NCBI RefSeq assembly: GCF_036321535.1
Contig: NC_087437.1
Location: 101,496,001 to 101,560,000, forward strand
Origin: Camelus dromedarius
Lineage: Eukaryota
Direction of reading: 5' to 3'
Length of the DNA: 64,000 nucleotides
Positions 40,061-50,641 of this stretch are shown one piece after another. Below the pieces are notes generated by a model. It saw nothing but the letters and a program-made list of their open reading frames with translations. It did no database searches and had not been told where the DNA came from. Position 1 is the first letter of the stretch. Each line of letters opens with the position of its first letter. A program made the translations under genes and the position numbers.

Positions 40061-40958
40061 AAGTGGTTTAAGATAATATTTCATATCTAAAGTGGTATCT
40101 TCTCCTTGCCTTTCAGTATTTACCCTTTACTTTCCTCATTTGTGGTGAAATACTCATTCATGCTATACGTTCTAATCTTGAATGTTTTTCTCTTTGCATC
40201 TCAGTATCAGTGACATCATCTCTCAAGTGATTCTTTCACTACTAAATAGATGTTGTTATGATTTTTCTAATGTCGGTCTCTTCTGCAAAACTGTATGATG
40301 GTGTCCAGCTGGAATAGGAACTGGAGTCTAATTATTACTGTAAGTTTCAAAGCCTTTCCAGAGGATGATCTGTTAAAGGTAACATTACAAGGAAAGTTTA
40401 TAGGGTACAAGAGTTGATGCAAAAGAGTAGGCTGTTATATAAGCTGTAATGTTCAGAGAAACACAAGGATCAACCAATGATCTGTAGACAATTTAGTTAT
40501 TATTACTAGTAGCTCAAATTCTAATATAGGGCCTGACACATGATGTCTATATACATAATTTTTTGTTAAAATTAAAACTAGAGTTGCAATGTCTAAATTT
40601 AAAAAAAGACACAACAACAACAAAAAAATTGTCCCATATGCAAAAGAAACTATAACTTCGACATCATTATTAAAAGTAATAATGACAAACTTATTTGATG
40701 TCTTTAGAATCCTATTTGATTTCCAGTTCTTTGGCACCCTACACTCATATTCTGTCTGTCAATCACTATATGCTGCCAATGTTTTCATGGCAGTTTTTAT
40801 AACTTTGAGGACATGTCTTTAGATTTAACTTTTCTTTTAAATTTTAAGTTTATAAGCATTAAAAAGAAAAAAAAAACTTTGCAAATTATTATCATGTGAA
40901 AAATGGGAAAAAATAGACTGCATGATTTTTTGAAGATATGTGGCTTTTAACCATTTTT

Positions 40959-40974
40959 AAAATTACCAGGCTCA
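40959..40974 (+). repeat. 5' copy of 16-bp L1 target-site duplication
   Basis: AAAATTACCAGGCTCA preceded by TTTTT, giving the L1 endonuclease consensus TT/AAAA. Exact copy at 48162-48177. Confidence 0.95.
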
Positions 40975-42662
40975 GAAGACGGAGAAGATGGCAGAGTAGA
41001 AGGACGCTCGCAGGTCACCCTCTCCCACAAATACACCAAGACCCACATCTACAGACCCACTCAGCCAACCAGAGCACCTGTGGAACTCCGACAGAACATC
41101 GCCCTCTTCAAAAGATAAAGACGCCAAAAATCTGGTAGGAGAAAAGGAAAAAAGAAAGAACAAAGGGCAAAGCAGCGCCAGACGGGTCCCGCGGGGAGGG
41201 AGCGGCAAAGGAGGACTGGCGCTCGTTCGCTGGGTCTCCCCTCTCCAACTGAGAGGCCAGCGGGACGGAGGGGGAGCCTCCGAGGCTCGGATCTGTACAG
41301 AGCAGCCCTTGACTGACAGAACTAAGTTAAACGGGCACAGAGCGTCCCCCCGACACCCAGCCTGAGACGCGGGCCGGCAGCCTCGGGCAGGGCCAGGCTG
41401 CACAAGCCGGGCGGAGGACGGAAGTGGCTGCAAGGAGGCAGCCCCGGGGGAACGCAAGGGGCTGCGCGCCGTGGCTGTGGGTGCACAGGGCAGAACAACC
41501 TGGGCCCTCCATAAAACAGCAAGGTTGATGTGCTCACGGGGGAAGGGTGCACACCCCCATCTCTGAAAACCCGCCGAAAGTTTTCGGGGGAAGAGACGCG
41601 GGGCTCAGGCAGAGACGCGGGGCTCAGGCACAGCCACGATATCCTCCGCGCTGAGCACTCGGGCGGGGGCGAAACCTGCATCCGCACCGAAGGGCTTAGC
41701 AGCCTCAAAGGCCAGACTGAGACTGGCCTGCAGCCCAGGGCAGATAGGATCCTTCCATCCTGGTCCCTCAGAAAACTTGCTCCACAAAGACAAACAAGGA
41801 GCTGGGTTTTGGCTCAGAGCAGGGACAGGGCTGTCCCTCGGTCTTCCCCGAGCCCACCTACGGAGCGCCGACCAGGGTGGAGCGCACAGCCGCACAGAGC
41901 AGCGGCGCTACCGGCTGCGGCGCAGGTAGAGCGAGAGCGGCCCCCTGCCTTTCGGGCAGGAACACAGCCCCTGACCGAGGTGCTGGGAGGGGGCACGACC
42001 CGCCCTCCTACCCGGCCAGTCTGCAACATCTGACTGCGGCATCCGGAGGGGCAGCGACTCGCCCGCCCACAGCAGAGAGCTGCACATGACCCAGTGTTAG
42101 GAGGAGGCACGATCTGCTTGCCGACAGGTGCTGGGAGCAGCACAGAAGAGGGCGCCAACGGAGGGCCTCTGGAAACAGCAAGCTGAGCTTCCAAAACAGG
42201 ACGAAGACAGAAAGACTTCACATTAAAAGCACACAGACTCCAGGAGAACACCGACAAACCCCCCCCCCTTTTTTTTAATCTGTTTTTACCTGTTCTATTT
42301 TCTATTACTCTCTTAATCTTTACTTCTTAATTCATTTCTATTTCTCTTGGGTTTTGATGTCCTGCTATTGATTAGACACAGGTTTCAAATACATCTATTC
42401 ATCTCCCCCCCACCTTTTTTTGTAAAGGTTTCAAAAGTACGTCTCAACCTGATTAATACTCTGCTTCAACTCACTCTTCTATTATTCATTATACACTGTT
42501 TTCAAACCCTCTTTCTCCCTTCTTTTAAAATTCTTTCTCTCTCTCTCTTATTTTTTTTTCTTTTTTTCCTAAGTTCTATTCCTAAATAGGCATCAGATAG
42601 ATAAAATCCTTAAGGACCAAAATAAACAACTGATACTCCATAAGCCACAGTGCCAAAGAGGT
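40975..42662 (+). promoter_or_regulatory. L1 5' UTR / internal Pol II promoter, CpG-island-like
   Basis: Sharp GC/CpG-rich island at ~41170-42180 in an AT-rich window. YY1-type AAGATGGC at 40985-40992 near the element start, as in mammalian L1 promoters. Pyrimidine-rich stretch before the ORF1 ATG. Confidence 0.85.
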
Positions 42663-43565
42663 ATGAGCAAGATGAAGAAGCAGAAAAACCTTTCCCAATT
42701 AAAAGAACAAGAGAAATCCCCTGAAAGAAAGATCAACGAAATAGACATCGATAGCCTACTAGGTCAAGACTTCAAAAAAGGAGTGATCAAATTGCTGAAG
42801 GAATTTAAAGATAGTGTTTAGAGATACAAAATATGTCAAAAATGAAATTGAAGCTATAAAGAAGAGCCAAGTAGAATGGGTAAACTCATTGACAGAGATG
42901 AGGAATGATCTAATAGCTGTGCAAAGCCGACTAGATAATGCAGAGGAATGAATTAGTGATCTAGAAGACAGGGCAATAGAAAGCACCCATTCAGAAGAAC
43001 TACAAGAGAAGCAAATAAAAAATAATGAAAATAGCATAAGGGACCTATGAGATAATATAAAGCGTCCCAATCTTCGCATAATAGGGGTCCCAGAAGGAGA
43101 AGAAAGATCAAAGGGGATTGAAAAGGTTTTTGAAGAAATCATGACTGAAAACTTCCCAAATTTAAAGAAGGAATCAGATATCCAAGTACAGGAAGCTCAG
43201 AGGGTCCCAAACAGGAAGAACCCAAATAGACCCACACCAAGACATATCATAATCAAGATGGCCAGAGTCAAGGATAAAGAAATGATTCTAAAGGCAGCAA
43301 GAGAAAAGCAAAGAGTAAGTTACAAGGGAACCCCCATAAGGCTCTCAGCTGATTTCTCTACACAAACACTATAGGCCAGAAGGGAGTGGCAAGATATATT
43401 CAAAGCCTTGAATGAAAAAAAGATGCAGCCTAGGATCCTTTATCCAGCAAGGCTATCCTTGAGGATAGAAGGAGAAATAAAGAGTTTCACAGACAGAAAA
43501 AAAAGCTGCAGGAGTTTAGCAACACTAAACCCATGCTAAAAGAAATATTGAAAGGGCTATTCTAA
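42663..43565 (+). pseudogene. L1 ORF1p (RNA-binding chaperone), disrupted
   Basis: Starts ATG MSKMKKQKNLSQ. Contains the ORF1 motifs NIKRPNLRIIGVPEGEE, ENFPNL, RPTPRHIIIKM, KGTPIRLSADFS and PRILYPARLS. Frameshift near 42810, stops at 42949, 43048 and 43372, and a frameshift in the A8 run 43497-43504. Ends TAA at 43563-43565. Confidence 0.93.
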
Positions 43566-43969
43566 ATAGAAAAGCAGCAGGATGCTACAGAAATGAGAAA
43601 CACACAACTGGAAAGGTGATAACTCATGAATTACAAATAAAGTAAACATGAAATTATAAAAGAAGACATACAAATCACTGAGAGTGGGAGAGGGAGGCAG
43701 GTAAATATAGAATATTTTTTTCTTTCTTTTTTAAATTTTTTTAACAGTAGGATGGGTTTGAGATCATGTTACTATCAGTTTAATAAAAACAGTTATAGTA
43801 ATGGGTTGATAGATTTACAAAAAAGGGTAACCACAAGCCAAAAATTTACAAAGGAGTCACAAAAATTAAATAAAATCCATGATAATACAAAGGAAAATTA
43901 CCAAACCACAAAAGGAAGAAGAAAGGAACAAAGAGGATATACCAATTCAACTGCAAAGATAAGTTCAAA

Positions 43970-46900
43970 ATGGCAATAAACACACATCTATCATTGATTA
44001 CTGTAAATGTTAATGGACTAAATGCTCCAGTCAAAAGACACAGAGTGGCAGACTGGATAATAAAGCAAGAACCTTCAATATGCTGCATACAAGAGACCCA
44101 CTTTAGGGAGAAGGACACATATAGATTGAGAGTGAAAGGATGGAAAAGGATATTCCATGCAAATGGAAAAGCCAAAAAAGCAGGTGTTGCAGTACTGATT
44201 TCAGACAAAATAGACTTTAAAACAAAGGCCATAAAGAAAGATAAAGAAGGACATTTTATAATGATTAAAGGAGTGATACAAGATGAGGATATTACACTCG
44301 TTAATATATATGCACCCAATATAGGAGCACCTAAGTACATACAAGAATTACTAACAGAGATAAAGGGGGATATTGATGGGAATACAGTCATAGTTGGAGA
44401 TTTTAACACTGCATTAACATCACTAGACAGATCTTCCAGACAGAAAATAAACAAGGCAACAGAGAAATTAAATACTACAATAGAAAAACTAGATTTGGTG
44501 GATATTTTCAGAGCATTACACCCCCCAAAAATAGGATATACATTCTTTTCAAGTGCACATGGAACATTTTCCAGGATCGATCGTGTACTTGGGCACAAAA
44601 GAAACCTCAACAATTTTAAGAAGATAGAAATTATCTCAAGCATCTTTACTGACCACAATGCCATGAAACTGGAAATCAACAACAGAGAAACAAAGGAGAA
44701 AAAAAGGAAAGCATGGAGATTAAACAATATGTTATGGAAAAAACAATGGATCAATGAGGAAATCAAAGTTGAAATTAAAAAATACCTTGAGACAAATGAT
44801 AATGAAAGCACAACCACTCAAAACCTATGGGACACAGCAAAGGCAGTGCTAAGAGGGAAGTTTATAGCGATACAGGCCTTCCTCAAAAAAGAAGAACAAT
44901 CTCAAATAAACAATTTAACCCACCACCTTAATGAATTAGAAAAAGAAGAACAAAAAGCCCCAAAAAGCAGCAGAAGGAAGGAAATAATAAAGATCAGAGA
45001 GGAATTAAATACAATAGAGATTAACAAGACCATAGAAAAAATCAACCAAACCAAAAGCTGGTTTTTTGAAAAAGTAAATAAAATCGACAAACCTCTGGCC
45101 AAACTCACAAAGAAGAAAAAAGAGAGAGCACAAATTAGCAAAATAAGAAAGGAAAATGGAGAAATTACAACAAACAAAATAGAAATACAGAATATCATAC
45201 GAGAATATTATGAAAAACTATATGGAACCAAACTGGATAACCCAGAGGAGATGGACAAGTTTCTAGAAACATACTGTCCACCAAAACTGAATCAAGAACA
45301 ATCTGAACACTTGAACAATCCGATCACTAGAAAGGAAATAGAAATAGTAATTAAAAACCTCCCTACAAATAAAAGTCCAGGACCGGACGGCTTCACCGGG
45401 GAATTCTATCAAACATACAAAGAAGAACTCATACCAGTCCTTCTCAAACTCTTCCAGATGATTGAAAAGGAGGGAATACTCCCAAACTCATTCTATGAAG
45501 CCACCATCACCCTGATACCAAAACCAGGCAAAGACACTACAAAAAAAGAGAATTATAGGCCAATATCACTGATGAACATAGACGCCAAAATCCTCACCAA
45601 AATTTTAGCAAATAGAATCCAACAACACATAAAAAAGATTATACATCATGACCAAGTGGGGTTCATCCCAGGGACACAAGGCTGGTTCAACATACGCAAA
45701 TCAATCAGTGTAATACATCACATCAACAAGAGAAAGGACAAAAACCACATGATCATCTCAATCGATGCAGAAAAAGCATTTGATAAAATTCAACACCCAT
45801 TTATGATAAAAACTCTTGCCAAAGTGGGTATAGAGGGAACATATCTCAACATAATAAAAGCTATATATGACAAACCTACAGCCAGCATAGTACTCAGCGG
45901 TGAAAAACTCATAAGCTTCCCACTAAAATCTGGGACAAGACAAGGATGCCCACTATCACCACTCCTATTCAACATAGTCCTGGAAGTCCTAGCCACAGCA
46001 GTCAGGCAAGAGAAAGAAATAAAAGGGATCCAAATTGGAAAAGAAGAGGTAAAAGTGTCATTATATGCTGATGACATGTTACTATATATAGAAAACCCTA
46101 AAAGGTCCACACAAAAGCTACTAGAGCTGATTGAAGAATTCAGCAAGGTAGCAGGTTACGAAAATTAACGTTCAAAAATCAGTTGCATTTCTTTACACTA
46201 ACGATAAATCAACAGAAGAAGAAAGTAAAGAAACAATCCCCTTTAAAATAGCACCCAAAGTAATAAAATATCTGGGAATAAATCTAACCAAGGAGGTGAA
46301 AGAATTATACACAGAAAACTATAAACCATTGATGAAGGAAATTAAAGAAGACTTTAAAAAATGGAAAGATATTCCATGCTCTTGGATTGGAAGAATCAAT
46401 ATTGTTAAAATGGTCACACTGCCCAAGGCAATCTACAGATTTAATGCAATCCCTATCCAATTACCCAGGACATATTTCACAGAACTAGAAAAAATCATAA
46501 TAAAATTCATATGGAACCATCAAAGACCTAGAATTGCCAAAGCATTACTGAAGAGAAAGAAAGAGGCTGGAGGAATAACTCTCCCAGACTTCAGACAATA
46601 CTATAGAGCTACAGTCATCAAGACAGCATGGTATTGGTACCAAAACAGACATATAGACCAATGGAACAGAATAGAGAGCCCAGAAATGAACCCACAAACT
46701 TTTGGTCAACTCATCTTTGACAAAGGAGGCAAGAATATACATTGGAATAAAGACAGTCTCTTCAGCAAATGGTATTGGGAAAACTGGACAGCAGCATGTA
46801 AAACAGTGAAGCTAGAACACTCCCTTACACCATATACAAAAATCAACTCAAAATGGATTAAAGACTTAAACATAAGACAAGATACAATAAACCTCCTAGA

Positions 46901-47766
46901 GGAAAACATAGGCAAAACATTATCTGACATACATTTAAAAAATTTTCTCCTAGAAGAAATAAAAGCAAGAATAAACAAATGGGACCTAATGAAACTTACA
47001 AGCTTCTGCACAGCAAAGGAAACCAGAAATAAAACAAGAAGAAAACCTACAGAATGGGAGAAAATTTTTGCAAGTGAAACTGTCAAAGGCTTGATCTCCG
47101 AATATATAAGCAGCTCATACGACTCAATAAGAAAAAAATAAACAACCCAATCCAAAAATGGGCAGAAGACCTAAACAAGCAATTCTCCAAGGAAGACATA
47201 CAAATGATCAAAAAGCACATGAAAAAATGCTCAGTATCACTAATTATCAGAGAAGTGCAAATCAAAACTACAATGAGGTATCACCTCAACCAGTCAGAAT
47301 GGCCGTCATTCAAAAATCCACAAATGACAAATGCTGGAGAGGCTGTGGAGAAAGGGGAACCCTCCTACACTGCTGGTGGGAATGCAGTTTGGTGTAGCCA
47401 GTATGGAAAACAGTGTGGAGATTCCTCAAAAGACTAGGAATAGACTTACCCTATGACCCAGGAATCCCACTCCTGGGCTTGTATCCAGAAGGAAATCTAC
47501 TTCAGGATGACACCTGCACCCCAATGTTCATAGCAGCACTATTTACAATAGCCAAAACATGGAAACAGCCTAAATGTCCATCAACAGGTGACTGGATAAA
47601 GAAGAGGTGGTATATTTATACAATGGAATACTACTCAGCCATAAAAACCGACAACATAATGCCATTTGCAGCAACGTGGATGCTCCTGGAGGATGTCATT
47701 CTAAGTGAAGTAAGCCAGAAAGAGAAAGAAAAATACCATATGAGATCACTCATATGTGGAATCTAA
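43970..47766 (+). pseudogene. L1 ORF2p (APE endonuclease, reverse transcriptase, Cys-rich C-terminus), disrupted
   Basis: The 732-aa open segment has [40 protein letters not shown] and YADD (46064-46075). It continues after a +1 insertion near 46160, 1-nt deletions near 47100 and 47288, and a TAG at 47395-47397. CWRGCGE..HCWWEC knuckle present; ends HMRSLICGI*. Confidence 0.96.
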
Positions 47767-48161
47767 AAAACAAAAACAAAAACAAACAAACAAACAAAAA
47801 CAAAGCGTAAATAAAGGACAGAAATAGACTCACAGACAGAGAATACAGACTTGTGGTTACCAGAGGGGTGGAGGGTGGGAAGGGATAGACTGGGATTTCA
47901 AAATTGTAGAATAGACTACACTGTATAGCACAGGGAAATATACACAAAATGTTATGATAACTCACAGAGAAAAAAATGTGACAATGAGTGTGTATATGTC
48001 CATGAATAACTGAAAAATTGTGCTGAACACTGGAATTTGACACAACATTGTAAAATGATTATAAATCAATAAAAAATGTTAAAAAAAAAACTACTGAAAG
48101 ATATAAAAGATGCTTTAATCACATGATTCTAGATTAAAAGATCATATCTCCAAAAAAAAAA

Positions 48162-48177
48162 AAAATTACCAGGCTCA
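48162..48177 (+). repeat. 3' copy of 16-bp L1 target-site duplication
   Basis: AAAATTACCAGGCTCA directly after the second poly(A); matches 40959-40974. Confidence 0.95.
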
Positions 48178-49659
48178 ATAAATGTGATTAACCATTTGAT
48201 ACAAATTTAAATTAAAAAAAAAATTTCCAGAAGCTGGATCATAAAGGCTCTATCTTTAATTTTATTCTATTGATTGAATCAATGAATAAGTGCTATTCAG
48301 AGTATGATGTTTTGCTGAGTTATTAATTCAACAATAATATGAGAGTTTTCAAAATTGCTAAAAGATAGGAACAACTGTGTTTCCCAACCAGAGCTAAAGA
48401 ATACAGTTGGAATTATATAGCTTTTTCTAGAGCTTGGTTGATTTAAATATTCTAAAGAGAAGAGATTCTCTTAAAAGAAATGAGAGTTCTTCAAAGGAAA
48501 CTTAGCTCTCTGTAAAGTAGAAAAGGAAGAACATGTCTCCTGCAGAATAGTTGTGTAGGAAAGAAAGAGTTAGAACAAAATAGTCCTAAAGTAATACTTA
48601 AGTGTGTGAATAGCAATATACCAACAAAATAATAATCCAACATGAAATTTTTTAAGACATCTATATTAACCCAGCACGAAGCTTGGGATTCTTAGATAAT
48701 TCTATATATATTTCTATTCCATCTTACAAAAATAAATATAAATAATAAATAGAATAACAGCTAAAGAGAGAAAGTGGGAAAGGAGAAAGAAATTGATGAA
48801 CTTCATTTCCAAGTGGAAAATGGAAATGACATAACTCATAACTTGACTTTAGAAAAATTTGAACTATATCACATTTTAAAAATAGTAGGTGAAATTATGA
48901 GAGGGTCCTATTTAGGAGAAGATTTAATCTACTTTAAGTGTTATTAGAAATTTGAGATGTATAAACTATCTAATTCCCATTATTAAATCCTAATGTCATT
49001 AAATTCTAATGTTATAATCTCAAGGTAATTTAGAACATGGAAATGATTTTATCATCCATGTAGTTACTTTTTACTTTATTCTATAAATTCCATTTTAAAT
49101 ATGTATAAGAAGATAATATCAGGGATCTTAACTTCTTACTTTGTTGCTTTATTAGAGATTCTAGAGCTTAATAAATAGTTATAAACTCTAACAAATTGCT
49201 CTTACAAACATAAGTTGTACTGTCATTAGAATGTTAGATAGTCTAAATTGTTTTTCATAATCATTCATATTTGAAATAGAAATCCTGTTTTAAATTGTTA
49301 CAAACTAAAGGCAAGTATGTTGTTCTCAAACTTTATATTTGTTTTCATTGACAGATTACTACTAAGATTTGATTTTTAGTTTATAGTTGAGACATGTTAA
49401 TTCTTCTTTAACACTTTTGCTCAACCCTTCATAACAATAATTACATTTCCACAAAGGGATAACTAGTGCAAATTTGGGTTAAATACCATGAAAAATAGAT
49501 GTTACTACTACTGTTAAAAATTTGTTATTATTTATTTGTTTGGGTTTTTCTAAGGAAGGGAAAAAATAATATAAGCACAGACCAATTCCTTCCTTCTTTA
49601 TTGTTATTCAGGCAGGTGTCAAAAATCTTTCTATGTACTTCTGTTTCAAGAATTTAACT

Positions 49660-50610
49660 TATTCATAACATATATGGACCCAATATAGGAGAACCTAAAT
49701 AGATGAGACAAATACTAACAGACAAAGAAAGGAATTGATGAGAATACAAGAATAGTAGGAGACTTTAACAGCCCGCTAACATCAATGGACAGAAATTCAG
49801 ATAGAAGATAAATAAGGCAACAGAGATCCTAAATGACACAATAGAACAGTTAGTCTTAATTACTATTTTCAGAACATTACATCTCCTCAAAAACAGAATA
49901 TACATTCAAGTACAATTTAATATTTTCAGAACATTACATCCCCCCAAAACAGAATATACATTCTTTTCAAGTGCACATGGAACATTCTCTAGGAGAGATC
50001 ACAAACTTGGACACAAAACAAGCCTCAACAAATTTAGGAGGATAGAAATTAGTTTAAGCATCTTTTCTGCCACAACAGTATAAAACTAGAAATCAACCAC
50101 AGAAAGAGAAACCAGAAAGAAAAAAAAATTGCATGGAGACTAAACAACATGCTACGGAAAAATCAACGGGATTCATCACTGGATGAAATCAAAGAAAACA
50201 TTTAAAAATACCTTGAAACAAATGACATTGAAAACACAACCACACAAAATCTATGAGATGCAGCAAAAGCAATCCTAAGAGGGAAGTTCATGGCAACAGA
50301 GGCCTTCCTCAAAAACAAGAAAAATATCAAGCAAATAACCTAATCTATTACCTAAAAGAATTAGAAAAATTAGAACAAACAAAACCTAAAGCCAGCAGGA
50401 GGAAAGAAATAATAAAGATCAGGGAGGAAATAAATAAAATAAAGTTTAAAAAATACCCAAAAATCAACAAAACCAAGAGATAGTTCATTGAAAGAGTAAA
50501 GAAAATCAATAAACCTCTAGCTGGGCTCAGCATGAAGGAAAAAGAGAGGACCCAAATAAACAAAGTAAAAAATGAAAGAGGAGAAATCACAACCAATACC
50601 ACAGAAATAC

Positions 50611-50641
<31 letters not shown>

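Larger units (their letters stand above)
40975..48161 (+). mobile_element. Full-length young LINE-1 (camelid-type L1) with 3' transduction
   Basis: Layout is 5' UTR (40975-42662), ORF1, ~400-bp inter-ORF spacer, ORF2, 3' UTR, AATAAA at 48068-48073 and poly(A) at 48081-48090. Extra sequence and a second poly(A) run to ~48161. Flanked by the identical 16-mer AAAATTACCAGGCTCA at 40959-40974 and 48162-48177. Confidence 0.97.

Noticed and set aside
40972..42257. Several 96-167 aa ORFs on both strands in the GC-rich island
   Set aside because: They lie in the L1 5' UTR and start at TTG/GTG. They are open because GC-rich DNA has few stop codons. This is not a host gene promoter or exon.
43846..44817. 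323-aa minus-strand ORF (also 44902-45198, 45790-46146, 46706-47155, 50348-50770)
   Set aside because: Antisense shadows of the A-rich L1 ORF2, giving F/L/S/I-rich translations typical of L1 copies. No independent gene evidence.
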